From positions 700,921 to 764,920 of the forward strand of contig CP058896.1 of NCBI GenBank assembly GCA_013415865.1: a DNA stretch of 64,000 nucleotides. Direction: 5' to 3'. Positions 18,079 through 28,336 of the stretch are shown piece by piece; position 1 is the stretch's first letter; each line of letters opens with the position of its first letter. A model generated the notes under the pieces. The model saw only the letters and a program-made list of their open reading frames with translations, ran no database searches and was not told the DNA's origin. The position numbers and the translations under genes are program-made. Origin of the DNA: Methanomassiliicoccales archaeon. Lineage in GTDB: Archaea > Thermoplasmatota > Thermoplasmata > Methanomassiliicoccales > UBA472.

Positions 18079-19307
18079 TTCCTCCCCTCCAGGTATTTCT
18101 TCACCTTTGCGGCGGCGACGGCCCCTTCCATCGAGCTTTCCTCGATGTCCTTAGGGCCAGCGCATGTGCCGGCGAACACCACTCCCTTCTCCTCGAGCGT
18201 CCTCGCCTGCCTGCCCTCTGAGAAAAAGAAACCATGGGGATTGAGCTTTGCGCCGATGGTCTCAGCGATCTCCTCGTTATGCGGCGAAGGTCTCATCCCG
18301 ACGGACAGTACCACTAGGTCAAAGGCCTCCTCCACCACACCAAGATCGCCGGGAAGGGCATATCTCATTACGGGGCGACCGTCATCTCCAGTGAACACCT
18401 CGGAGGGCCTCGACCTTATTGCCCTGACGCCCTTCTCGAGAGAGGCCCATTCGAGAAGGTCGTCCCCCCTCTCCAAGGGTCGCCAGTCCATGAAGGTGAA
18501 GGTGATCTCGGTGGCCGGCGACATGGCCTTTATGAGCTTAGCTATCTTCATCGAATATTTGCAGCAGACCTTGGAACATAGATGCGCACCGAACCTGGCA
18601 TCCCGGGAACCGACACATTGGATGAAACAAATTTTCCCGGGCCTGCCTGAAGCTATCCTCCTGCCAAGCTCGTCCATTTTTCCGATGCCTCTTTCAACCT
18701 CCAGGGAGGTCACTACGCCATCGACCACGCCATAGCCTAGCCTCCTGTCGGCGGACGGGTCGAACGGTACCGAGCCTATGGCCACTATGATCGCGTCCGC
18801 CTCGACCTCCAATGTCTCCTCCTCTCCCTCAAGGTCTATTGCCCCCTGAGGACAGGCCACTGAGCATTCCTCACACCCGTTCCTTGTATGAGCGCACCTT
18901 TCCTGGTCGATGCAGAAGAAAATGCCCTCCCTTGCACTGTACATTGTGATCGCTGAGCCTTTGCATGCTTCCATGCATCTTCCACACCTGGTGCATATCT
19001 CATCATCGACCAGCTTGGACCGGGACAATGTCGCTCTATACCTACCGGACCTTCTTTCCAACATCTCGAGCTTTGAGTCCTTGATGGTGATGATTTCATC
19101 CGACCCTGCCACGATCGCGACCTTGTCCGTCGCCAGGCAGACGTCACATCTGACACATTGTCTGACGCCCTTGCAGGCCAGTTCATTCGCGGTCCCTCCG
19201 ATGCATGGCGATCTTTCGACCAGGATGGGGCTGAATCCGAACCTAGCAAGAGCAAGCGCGGCAGAGATGCCTGTCGTCCCACCGCCCAATATCAGGACGT
19301 GGGCCAA
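18075..19307 (-). CDS. HdrA/QmoA-like FAD/Fe-S protein
   Basis: ILGGGTTGISAA, inserted ferredoxin domain, IQCVGSRD...CSKVCC and GPKDI; TTG start after GGAGGGG. Confidence 0.85.
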   Translation of the reverse strand: MAHVLILGGGTTGISAALALARFGFSPILVERSPCIGGTANELACKGVRQCVRCDVCLATDKVAIVAGSDEIITIKDSKLEMLERRSGRYRATLSRSKLVDDEICTRCGRCMEACKGSAITMYSAREGIFFCIDQERCAHTRNGCEECSVACPQGAIDLEGEEETLEVEADAIIVAIGSVPFDPSADRRLGYGVVDGVVTSLEVERGIGKMDELGRRIASGRPGKICFIQCVGSRDARFGAHLCSKVCCKYSMKIAKLIKAMSPATEITFTFMDWRPLERGDDLLEWASLEKGVRAIRSRPSEVFTGDDGRPVMRYALPGDLGVVEEAFDLVVLSVGMRPSPHNEEIAETIGAKLNPHGFFFSEGRQARTLEEKGVVFAGTCAGPKDIEESSMEGAVAAAKVKKYLEGRK

Positions 19308-19473
19308 GCTAATCCCCTCCTGTCCCAAGATATTGTCCGCATCTACCTTCTCTCAATCGCTTACCAACCATTCGGACCCTGGACCGCATATAAAATATTT
19401 ATGAGGGCCGGGGAAGATGGCCTTCGGTCGTCAAAGATAGGATTATCTACATCCGCATGGTTCAGAACGTTAT

Positions 19474-20313
19474 ATGCGACGGTGCTCGATCACGGTCGAT
19501 GTCGACAGGGATGTGAACCAGGCGGTCGCTGGCAAGGTATGTGCGATATCTATGGAAAAAGATGGCAGCACCGAGCCGAGGTTCAGCTCTTCTGCCAAAG
19601 GACTTGAGGTGATCGTGGATGTCCTCAACGGTCTGGATGTCCAAGGTACTTTCTTTTTTGAGGCCAGGACGGCAATTGAAATATCTAAGGTCATTGACCT
19701 GCCCTCCTTGATGAGGGGGCATGAGGTCGCTTGCCATGGATATGACCATGAGGATCTTACTGGGCAAAAGACAGGGTCTCCATTGGGACCTGGAGAATTG
19801 GACGACATCCTTGAGAGGTCGATCTCAGTGGTCCGAGAGCTTTTCGGGGTGTCCCGCATGGGTTTCAGGGCACCGTACCTCTCTTGTGATGACCTCGTCG
19901 AGAAAGAGCTTGTGAAAAAGGATTTCATCTATGATTCTTCAAAGGTGACCTCCTTGAGCAACGGCGTCATCGGACCGTTCATCACTGAGAACGGCATCGT
20001 AGAGGTGCCAGTTGCCTCTGGGACGGACGCGGATGGAAAGAAGATCGTAGGGTATCTATGGCCGATGCATGAGGGAAAAAGGAAGGTGGGGGACTATATC
20101 CATCTGATGGGGCAGTTCGAGGATGGCCTCTTGGTCTTCGCGACGCATAGCTGGCATATGGTCGAGAACTTCTGTTCGGGTCTGCTCTGCGCCACAGATT
20201 CAAGGGCGCAGAGGGACAACCTTCATGAGCTCATCTCCAAAGGCATGGACATGGGCCTTGAGTTCGTCAGGGTCGATGACCACCTGTTTGAGCATGGACC
20301 GAGGGCCTTATGA
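19474..20313 (+). CDS. Polysaccharide deacetylase (NodB-like) family protein
   Basis: ITVDVD, GTFF, HEVACHGYDH, GFRAPY and YDSS. Confidence 0.85.
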   Translation: MRRCSITVDVDRDVNQAVAGKVCAISMEKDGSTEPRFSSSAKGLEVIVDVLNGLDVQGTFFFEARTAIEISKVIDLPSLMRGHEVACHGYDHEDLTGQKTGSPLGPGELDDILERSISVVRELFGVSRMGFRAPYLSCDDLVEKELVKKDFIYDSSKVTSLSNGVIGPFITENGIVEVPVASGTDADGKKIVGYLWPMHEGKRKVGDYIHLMGQFEDGLLVFATHSWHMVENFCSGLLCATDSRAQRDNLHELISKGMDMGLEFVRVDDHLFEHGPRAL

Positions 20314-20939
20314 AGAGCGCACGGCAAGGAGAGATGTGCTATCTCCCTTCCTTGGAAAGGGCATGGGACATGCTGGCGGACCTGGACCTTAGAGTGGCGG
20401 CCGAAAGGGCCGGCGGACGGGCCGAAGGGTCCATGATATTGATAAGGATGCTCAATGGCGAGGCGTCCATCGAACCAGGAAGGAGAAGGATCGAATGTAA
20501 TGTTCCAGGCTCTGGGTTCCTCCTCGAAATAGTGGTCCTGCATTACGTGAAAGGATGCCTGGACAACGCCCCATCGAAAGGGAAGGAATGGCTGCTCTTC
20601 AGACAATTGCCGGGCGGGGAGGTGTTCCAGCCCGCGTTCCAAAAGAGGGTCGTCCAAGGGATCGCCAAGAGGTTCTCTTCCCGGCCCGATGAACTTTTGA
20701 GGGCCGGTCTCTCCCTAGGTGGAAGAAAGGAAGATCTCGGCGATGCGACGGTGGTGCTTCCTTTCTTTCCTAGGCTCGAGGTCAGGGTCACGGTGTGGGA
20801 GGGTGACGATGAGGTGCCTGGCAGTGCGACGCTCCTCTTCTCTCCAGAGACGCCGTCCTTGCTCCCGACCGAGGACCTGACCGAGGTGGGAGAGGTCGTT
20901 CTTTCCGCCCTTTTAAAGGCCGTCAATAAAGGCCGGTGA
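20310..20939 (+). CDS. DUF3786-like protein
   Basis: VVLHY, W..FRQLPGG..F, FPRL and WEGDDE....ATLLF....LPTEDL. Confidence 0.75.
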   Translation: MKSARQGEMCYLPSLERAWDMLADLDLRVAAERAGGRAEGSMILIRMLNGEASIEPGRRRIECNVPGSGFLLEIVVLHYVKGCLDNAPSKGKEWLLFRQLPGGEVFQPAFQKRVVQGIAKRFSSRPDELLRAGLSLGGRKEDLGDATVVLPFFPRLEVRVTVWEGDDEVPGSATLLFSPETPSLLPTEDLTEVGEVVLSALLKAVNKGR

Positions 20940-22596
20940 TCTTCCCGTTCTCGTCGATGTCCATCTTCAATGCCGCCGGCTCCGAGGGCAGACCGGGGAT
21001 CAGCATGATCTGCCCGCATATCGGCACGACGAACCCCGCACCGGCGGAGACACGGACCTCTCTCACCTTCAAAGTCCATCCGCGGGGGGCGCCCTTCAAT
21101 TTTGGATTGTCGGTTATCGACAGCTGGGTCTTCGCCATGCAGATCGGAAGGTTACCATAACCAGACTGTTCTATCAGCTTCAGGTTCCTCTCGGCCTCGC
21201 CCTCGAAGATGACGTCCGCCGCACCATAGATCTCGGTGGCGATGGTCTTTATCTTCTCCCTTAGAGGACGGTCCGAGGAGTACAGCAATCTGAACTCGCA
21301 GGGCTCGTTCTCAAGGACGTCGAGGACCGCCTCAGCGAGCTCCCTCCCTCCCTTTCCACCTTCTGCAAAGACCCTGGACACGGCGCATCTCACGCCCTTG
21401 TCCTTGCAATGCCTCCTCACGAGGTCTATCTCTTCCTGGGTATCTGTATCAAAGAAGTTGATCGCCACAACGACCGGTACGCCGAACTTGCGTATGTTCT
21501 CGATGTGCTTGTCGAGGTTCTCGAAGCCCTTCCTGAGAGTGAGGCAATCACCTTTGCATATCTGGTCCAGCGTGGCGCCTCCGTGCATCTTGAGGGCCCT
21601 GATGGAGCACACGATCACCGCGCAATCGGGCCTCAGGCCGTTGCTCCTGCACACGATGTTGAAGAACTTCTCTGCACCAAGGTCGGCTGCGAACCCCGCC
21701 TCTGTCACCACTATGTCAGCGAGCTTCAGGGCATACTTGGTCGCGATGATGGAATTATTACCGTGGGCGATGTTGGCGAACGGGAACCCATGGATGAAGA
21801 AGGGATCACCCTCCAATGTCTGGACCAGGTTGGGGCTCAGCGCATCCTTAAGCAACATGGCCATCGCCCCCACGCAGCCCAACTGCGATGCGGTGACGGG
21901 CTTCCCCTGGTAGGTGTAGGCTACGATTATCTTGCCAAGCCTCTCCTTGAGGTCGGACATTGAGGTCGACAGTGCCAATACCGCACTTATCTCGGAGGCG
22001 GCCGTCACGATGAACGACGATTCGTGCGGCGTTCCGCCCTCGGTCCGGCCGCCGAGACCTACAACAATGTTCCTCAGCTCGCGACAGTTCATGTCCATGG
22101 CCTTGCTCAGGACGATCCTTGTCGGGTCTATACCGAGCGAATTGTCCCTGGATACGTGGTTCTCAAGGACCGCGGAAAGGAGGTTGTGCGCTGCTGCGAC
22201 GGCGTGTATGTCGCCAGTGAAATGCAGGTCTATGTCCCACATGGGATAGACCTGAGAATAGCCACCACCGGTCGCCCCTCCCTTGATGCCGAAGATGGGG
22301 CCCAGTGACGGTTCTCTCAACGCCCCCATGACCTTCTTGTCCATTCTGCCGAGGGCCTGCACCAGCCCTATGGTGGTGACGGTCTTTCCCTCCCCTGCGG
22401 GAGTGGGGGTGATCGCCGTCGTCAGGACCAATTTACCGTTCGGCCTTTGGTCGAACCGCTTCAGAACGTTCAATGGGACCTTTGCAATGTATCTTCCATA
22501 AGGTATGATCTCTGATTCTTGGATGCCCAACTTCTCAGCTATGTCACCGATGGGCCATGCTTTCGCATCCTGGGCTATCTCGATGTTCGACCTCAT
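20923..22596 (-). CDS. fhs: Formate--tetrahydrofolate ligase
   Basis: TPTPAGEGKT, LREPSLGP, GGATGGG, PFANIAHG, EAGFAADLGAEKF and CMAKTQ. Confidence 0.97.
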   Translation of the reverse strand: MRSNIEIAQDAKAWPIGDIAEKLGIQESEIIPYGRYIAKVPLNVLKRFDQRPNGKLVLTTAITPTPAGEGKTVTTIGLVQALGRMDKKVMGALREPSLGPIFGIKGGATGGGYSQVYPMWDIDLHFTGDIHAVAAAHNLLSAVLENHVSRDNSLGIDPTRIVLSKAMDMNCRELRNIVVGLGGRTEGGTPHESSFIVTAASEISAVLALSTSMSDLKERLGKIIVAYTYQGKPVTASQLGCVGAMAMLLKDALSPNLVQTLEGDPFFIHGFPFANIAHGNNSIIATKYALKLADIVVTEAGFAADLGAEKFFNIVCRSNGLRPDCAVIVCSIRALKMHGGATLDQICKGDCLTLRKGFENLDKHIENIRKFGVPVVVAINFFDTDTQEEIDLVRRHCKDKGVRCAVSRVFAEGGKGGRELAEAVLDVLENEPCEFRLLYSSDRPLREKIKTIATEIYGAADVIFEGEAERNLKLIEQSGYGNLPICMAKTQLSITDNPKLKGAPRGWTLKVREVRVSAGAGFVVPICGQIMLIPGLPSEPAALKMDIDENGKITGLY

Positions 22597-22730
22597 CGTC
22601 CTGCCACTCCCTGTTCTCGCATATTGAACCTTTTATTAAATACTCATCATGTCCTGGCGAGGTTCTCCATTGTAAACGCCTTGACCAAGATTAATAATAG
22701 CCCATCATCATTTTCGCGCGGAGATATGCG

Positions 22731-23618
22731 ATGACGGCTCGTTTGATAGATGGTAACGTTGTTGCGGAGGCCATAAGGTGCGATCTAAGGGAGAAGGTCT
22801 CTAAGCTGGCCTCAAAAGGGGTCCGTCCCGGTCTCGCCGTCATCATAGTCGGGGAGGACCCTGCCTCCCAGACATATGTAAGGATGAAAGAGAAGGAATG
22901 CTCCGATCTGGGCATCCTTTCAAGGACCATAAGGTTACCGACGGACACAAGGGAGGAGGAATTGTTGTCCATCATCGATGACCTGAACATCGACGATGAG
23001 GTCCATGCAATGCTCGTCCAGATGCCCCTACCAAAGCAGATAGACCCGCAGAAGGTCATCATGAGGATCGCCCCGGAGAAGGATGCGGACGGGTTTCATC
23101 CAGTGAACGTAGGGAAGATGCTCATCGGCGACAGGTCAGGTTTTCTGCCATGCACCCCGCATGGGATCCAGGTCATGATGGAGCGCTCGGGGGTAATGAC
23201 CGAGGGGAGGCACGTGGTAATCTGTGGGAGGAGCAACATAGTCGGAAAGCCCATGGCCGCCCTACTCATGCAGAAGGGCAAGGGAGCGGATGCCACCGTG
23301 ACCGTCTGTCACTCTAGGACCAGGGACCTGGCCCATCACACAAGACAGGCAGACATCCTGATCGTGGCCATGGGGGTCCCTGGATTCATTAAACAGGACA
23401 TGGTCAAGGAAGGGGCGGTGGTCATTGATGTCGGCATGAACCGTGTCGAGGACCCGACATCAAAAAAAGGGTATAGGCTGGTAGGGGACGTGGACTTTGA
23501 AGAGGTGAGCAAGAAGGCCTCTGCGATAACTCCTGTGCCCGGGGGTGTTGGCCTGATGACAAGGGTGCTGCTCATGGAGAACACGATAAAGGCCGCCGAG
23601 AACAGTCTTGCCAAATAA
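22731..23618 (+). CDS. folD: Methylene-THF dehydrogenase/cyclohydrolase
   Basis: YVRMK, KDADGFHP, PCTP, GRSNIVGKP and ITPVPGGVG. Confidence 0.97.
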   Translation: MTARLIDGNVVAEAIRCDLREKVSKLASKGVRPGLAVIIVGEDPASQTYVRMKEKECSDLGILSRTIRLPTDTREEELLSIIDDLNIDDEVHAMLVQMPLPKQIDPQKVIMRIAPEKDADGFHPVNVGKMLIGDRSGFLPCTPHGIQVMMERSGVMTEGRHVVICGRSNIVGKPMAALLMQKGKGADATVTVCHSRTRDLAHHTRQADILIVAMGVPGFIKQDMVKEGAVVIDVGMNRVEDPTSKKGYRLVGDVDFEEVSKKASAITPVPGGVGLMTRVLLMENTIKAAENSLAK

Positions 23619-23789
23619 TGAGATAAAGAGAGATGGGGCCAGCCTATCATCATGCTTCATCCACCAGCTCATCTCCTTGGGGAATATGTCCTTTGGACGG
23701 TACATGTCGTCAGTGAGATGAATTGGACCGAAAGCGATGATGTAGAGGCTGAAAAGTTTAAAATCGAATATCCTGTTGAGGTCTTCGTC

Positions 23790-24446
23790 ATGTTGAAGGA
23801 ATGTAACGAGCATGGGTATTTCCGCGGGGAGAGCTGCCCGGTCTGCGGAGAAAGTGGCAAGTTCCTGATGAACGACCAGGAGCTCGAGCAGATAGGGAGG
23901 ACGATGGCAGGGGTCCTCAGGCACTTCCCTGAGAAGTTCGGACTGGAGATGGACGACCAGGGCTTCGTCGACCTCAGGCAGTTCGTTAATGCGCTGAAGA
24001 ACCAGAGCAGAAGGAACCATTGGATAAGGCCGCATCATATAATAGCGATCATAGAGACCGACCCTAAGGGCAGATATCAGGTGAGCAACAACCTCATAAG
24101 GGCGACCTATGGACATTCCATAGAGCTGGACCTTAAGCTCCCGACGGGCAATGTCCCCGACAAGCTCTACTATCCTACGACCGAGGAGGAGGCCGATATC
24201 GTGTTGGAGACCGGCCTCAAGCCTTCGGACAGGAAAATGGTGCATCTCTCAAAGACCTACGCGGACGCTATGAACGCGGGAAGGGTACGTACAGAGAAGC
24301 CTGTGATCCTGGAGATCGATGCCAAAGCGGCCATTGCCAGCGGGCTGGTCATAGGTCAGGCCGGAAGGACGGTATTCCTGGCACCAGAGATACCGGCGGA
24401 GTTCCTCAAGAAGGCAGAGCCTGTAGAGGAAGAGGTCATCCAATAA
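23790..24446 (+). CDS. kptA: RNA 2'-phosphotransferase Tpt1/KptA
   Basis: LRHFP, KGRY, IRATYGHS and VHLS, with an N-terminal CxxH..CPVC; start reassigned to MLKEC. Confidence 0.9.
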   Translation: MLKECNEHGYFRGESCPVCGESGKFLMNDQELEQIGRTMAGVLRHFPEKFGLEMDDQGFVDLRQFVNALKNQSRRNHWIRPHHIIAIIETDPKGRYQVSNNLIRATYGHSIELDLKLPTGNVPDKLYYPTTEEEADIVLETGLKPSDRKMVHLSKTYADAMNAGRVRTEKPVILEIDAKAAIASGLVIGQAGRTVFLAPEIPAEFLKKAEPVEEEVIQ

Positions 24447-24767
24447 TTGACTGCCCCATCATCATCTCGACAATCATGGCCCATTAGTCCTAAATGGGAG
24501 TTCTTTCCATCGCTTTCATGATATTCATATTTTAAGCCAAACCAAGTCCCTTCCAGACCAGGTGTTGAGGTCCTCGCCCCATACTGAACCATCGACCCTG
24601 AGTGGCCTCACCAATGAACGGACGGGCCGCCAGCATATCACTTGACATTTTATGATAGGCTCTGCCCGTGGATATGGACCTTACGATGAAATGAAATGTA
24701 TGAGCAAATTACAAGGATAAGGAAATTACAGGGCCCGGACCAACAAAAGGGTCAGATCATTTCCAGA

Positions 24768-25025
24768 TCACGCGATGGGTGCGACGATCTCGAGCACCTG
24801 GAAAACGATGGTCAGCGAGAAAACGACGAGCAAAGGAACGATCGCTGCGTCAAGTATCGCCAAGACCTTTCTTGACCTCTTCGAGGATGCGGTTATCAGC
24901 TCCCTGGATGAAAGAAGCATGATGAGAAGTATTGCTATGAGCGCCCCTCCCACGCCTATGCCGATCGCCGTGGTAAGTGATACCGCTGAGGAGGCAGAGG
25001 TCGTGGTCGTCGAAATTATGCTCAT
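24768..25025 (-). CDS. Small two-TM membrane protein with Thr/Ser-rich N-terminus
   Basis: MSIISTTTTS... followed by two hydrophobic helices; TATA-like TATAAATATA upstream. Confidence 0.65.
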   Translation of the reverse strand: MSIISTTTTSASSAVSLTTAIGIGVGGALIAILLIMLLSSRELITASSKRSRKVLAILDAAIVPLLVVFSLTIVFQVLEIVAPIA

Positions 25026-25209
25026 TGCCAGATCCATTCTTTCACTTAGAGTGTTAGAAAACCCCTCTTTATATTTATATTTTTTTATGATAATGCTCAT
25101 CTTTGATAATATCCCAAATCCATTTTTCCTGATGAGGGGCCTATACATCTCCTTACTTTCGTTCGGCCCTTCCAAAGGGTGATTAACTGATGAAAGGTAT
25201 CGAGGTGCA

Positions 25210-26058
25210 ATGTTCGTCAGGGCGGACAAGCTTCTCGGCCCGAGGACATACCCGACCATTGGATATCATGTGATCGATTTCGAATGGGAGGGCTATGAGC
25301 CGTTGCTCTTCTGGTATGTTGAGAGGGAGGGCCACATCGAGAGGGCGGACCTTAAAGAGATAGAATGGAAGGTATCGTCCAACAAGCGGTGCATCGGGAG
25401 GTCCGATGAAAAAGGATATCACCGATGCCCGGATTCCATGCCGGTCTCCAGATTCGCTCAATGCCCACGTTGCTCCGCTGCCTGGATCGGTCACCAGGAA
25501 TGCATATTCGAGCCCATGTGCGCGGGCGAGAGGTGTGGGTCCACGATATGTGGAAAGGAGCATACGGTCTACATGGCCTTTTTTGGTGAGAGCGCCAAGG
25601 TCGGTATGACCACGAGCTCGAGGCTGGAGGAAAGGGGGATCGAGCAAGGTGCTGATGCCATCGTTCCACTTGTCATGTCCCCGAACCGGATGGAGGGAAG
25701 AAGGGCCGAGAAAGAGATATCAATGCAGCTCGATGTCACGCAGCAGATATCAAGGAAGAAGGCCGTCAGCCTCCTGGCAAGGCCAGTGATGTGGGACAAG
25801 CTCGAACAGACATATGAACGGTTTCTCAAGATATTATCAAGAAAAATGGATGTCCTGGGAGAAAGGCTGATACGTTTGGACGGTTACCCTCTCAAAGGAT
25901 TGCAAGGGCGGAAGGTGGACCTGGTCCCGACAGAAGGGGCTCATAAGGGGAAGGTCCTTGGGTTAAAAGGCAAGTTCCTTGTCTATCTGGACGAAGAAGG
26001 TAGGACATGTGCCATGGAGGCTTCTGACCTTCCCGGGAGGCACATCTCAGCAAAATAG
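25210..26058 (+). CDS. DUF2797-like protein
   Basis: Cys-rich N-half, H.VYMA, KVGMT, RGIEQGA and GLKGKF. Confidence 0.7.
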   Translation: MFVRADKLLGPRTYPTIGYHVIDFEWEGYEPLLFWYVEREGHIERADLKEIEWKVSSNKRCIGRSDEKGYHRCPDSMPVSRFAQCPRCSAAWIGHQECIFEPMCAGERCGSTICGKEHTVYMAFFGESAKVGMTTSSRLEERGIEQGADAIVPLVMSPNRMEGRRAEKEISMQLDVTQQISRKKAVSLLARPVMWDKLEQTYERFLKILSRKMDVLGERLIRLDGYPLKGLQGRKVDLVPTEGAHKGKVLGLKGKFLVYLDEEGRTCAMEASDLPGRHISAK

Positions 26059-26107
26059 ATTTATCGATGGAGAGCATGATGAGGCACCTTCACCTGTTGG
26101 TATTGAG

Positions 26108-27055
26108 ATGACAGTGAGACTCACACCTGATGAGGTCCGGCAGAAGTATGGTAAACTTTTCTGCAAGGGAATATATGCATTGGTCGATGAAAAGAACGGG
26201 GTCGCTCAGATTATCGAGGAATGTTCAGCAAAGGGGCCCGTCGAGTGGGACGCCGTGAACCGAAAAAGGGCCAAGGGCGTCATCACTGATGTCAGGGTCG
26301 AGGGGACTACTCTCATAATGGACGCGGTCATTGGAGAAAGGGAGGTCAGCTTCGGACCAGCGTCGAAGGACGTCGGCGGTCAAGGGCTCAGGGCGTTGAA
26401 GGTCGAGGGGGACCTGGTCAAGACGACCTGGGTCGGACTTGCGGGTGCGAGCGTTGGCATCGGCGCATGCATGCCACAGGGGCCAGGGACGATAATGGCC
26501 GAATACCCCGATGACGTGAGGATCGGGGGGGCGCATAGGATCGAGGTCACCGTGACCATGCCCAAGATGGTCAGGGTGATAATAGCTGTCGATGATACAG
26601 ACACCAGGGAGAAAGGTGCCTCTTGGTCCATGCTGCTGAGGATAGCGAGAGAATGCGAGATCGGCCATATGCTCGAGCACAAGATCATCCAGCTGAACCC
26701 CGAAGTGCCTGAGAAGACCACCAACTGCGTCTCGGTCGCCGTTTCTTTCGCCGTGGAGGTCAAGGACGTCGAGAGGCTTATCTCCTATTTCATTGAGAGG
26801 ATACGAGAGGCCACATTCTCGAAGGAGACCACCATGGTCGTTTTCCAGGGACTGAAGGTCCCTAAAGAGGTCGAAGAATATGGTCTTCGTGCGAAAAAAG
26901 AGATATTGACCAGGGAGATGGCGATGGAAGTGGCCGAAAGGAACGGGCTTAACGTGATAGAGGTGACCGGACGACGTGGGATAATCGGGGCAGTCGCCGG
27001 CATAGGGTGCTTTGATATGGGCATCAGGGCGGCAGGGCTTCCAGAGGATTTCTGA
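26108..27055 (+). CDS. Methanogenesis marker protein 11-like (TiaS-like DDTD domain)
   Basis: GPVEWD..NR, GLAGA, IAVDDTD..EKGASW and QLNP.VP.KTTNCVS. Confidence 0.75.
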   Translation: MTVRLTPDEVRQKYGKLFCKGIYALVDEKNGVAQIIEECSAKGPVEWDAVNRKRAKGVITDVRVEGTTLIMDAVIGEREVSFGPASKDVGGQGLRALKVEGDLVKTTWVGLAGASVGIGACMPQGPGTIMAEYPDDVRIGGAHRIEVTVTMPKMVRVIIAVDDTDTREKGASWSMLLRIARECEIGHMLEHKIIQLNPEVPEKTTNCVSVAVSFAVEVKDVERLISYFIERIREATFSKETTMVVFQGLKVPKEVEEYGLRAKKEILTREMAMEVAERNGLNVIEVTGRRGIIGAVAGIGCFDMGIRAAGLPEDF

Positions 27056-27108
27056 AGGGCCATCGGAAATAAAATAATCTTACAGATCATCGGCACTCAG
27101 GAGCTTAG

Positions 27109-27891
27109 ATGAAGAACGAGATCTCGAAAGTGATCGCGAACACGGCGTACCAGACCTATGAGAGGAAGCTCTTCAAGGAGGTCACCGATGGGCCGATCCC
27201 GCATCACGTCGCCATCATCATGGATGGTAACAGACGCTTTGCAAGGGAGTTCGGCCTCTCCGCGAACGAAGGGCATGTCAAGGGCAAGGAAAAGCTGGAG
27301 GAGGTCATGGAATGGTGCCTTGAGCTCGGGATCAAGATCCTCACGGTCTATGCTTTCAGCACAGAGAACCTGAAGAGGGAGGCCCAGGAGGTCGAGTACC
27401 TCATGGACCTTTTCGCTGAGAACTTCAGGAAGTTGGCGAAAGATGAGAGGATCCATAAACATAGGATCAAGCTCACTGTGATAGGACAGATCGAACTTCT
27501 TCCTGATAAGGTCCAGGAATCTATCAGGGAGGCTTTGGACGCCACGAAGGACTATGACTCCTATTACTATAACATCGCAATAGCCTATGGCAGCAGACAA
27601 GAGATAATCCAGGCGATAAAGAGGGTGGCGGAGAAGGTCAAATCCGGAGAACTGGATATCGACCAGATAGATGAGAAGCTTGTGTCCAGCCATATGTATA
27701 CTGGCACCTTGCCCGACCCGGACCTGATATTGAGGACCTCAGGAGAAGAGAGGGTATCGAACTTCCTGCTATGGCAGCTCGCATATTCCGAGCTCTACTT
27801 CACTGATGTCTATTGGCCTGGTTTCCGTCGTGTCGATTTTCTAAGGGCCATAAGGTCCTTCCAGCAGAGAAAAAGACGTTTCGGTAAGTGA
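27109..27891 (+). CDS. uppS: cis-prenyltransferase (undecaprenyl diphosphate synthase)
   Basis: HVAIIMDGNRR, YAFSTEN and RTSGEERVSNFLLWQ. Confidence 0.95.
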   Translation: MKNEISKVIANTAYQTYERKLFKEVTDGPIPHHVAIIMDGNRRFAREFGLSANEGHVKGKEKLEEVMEWCLELGIKILTVYAFSTENLKREAQEVEYLMDLFAENFRKLAKDERIHKHRIKLTVIGQIELLPDKVQESIREALDATKDYDSYYYNIAIAYGSRQEIIQAIKRVAEKVKSGELDIDQIDEKLVSSHMYTGTLPDPDLILRTSGEERVSNFLLWQLAYSELYFTDVYWPGFRRVDFLRAIRSFQQRKRRFGK

Positions 27892-28336
27892 TGGACTGGT
27901 GATGTCATATCCCCCACCCCCCCTAGTGCTCCCGATGGACGGGACCGGAGATAGACCGTCGACCAGAGAGCTTAATGCAAGAGGTCCGAAATGTCCGGTG
28001 GCACTCAATCTATTATATATTATAATAATACATTAATAAAATTAGCCTGCTGATCGCAGAGATGCATAAAATGGACCTATCCTACATGTCCTCACGAGGA
28101 GACATTGTGTCTCCAAGCGTATGATCGGGCCTCGGAGCGTGGCCTCACCGTCATATCATACCATGCCAGTCCTATAGGACGAGGTCCTTGAACGCATCCC
28201 GATCAATATTCCGTAGCGGTCCCCATCCAGATGGGTAAATGCATGTCCCTGGTCATAAACGCAGGTCAAAGGTCCGATCGCCCAAACCTTTCTTATAACC
28301 CTAGCACTTTTTCCGCAATGTCCGAGGAAGGAACAA

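Noticed and set aside
27892-28336. Short palindromes (GGAGAC..GTCTCC, GTCCTATAGGAC) suggesting an ncRNA
   Set aside because: The stems are short and unrelated to each other; no known RNA family pattern.
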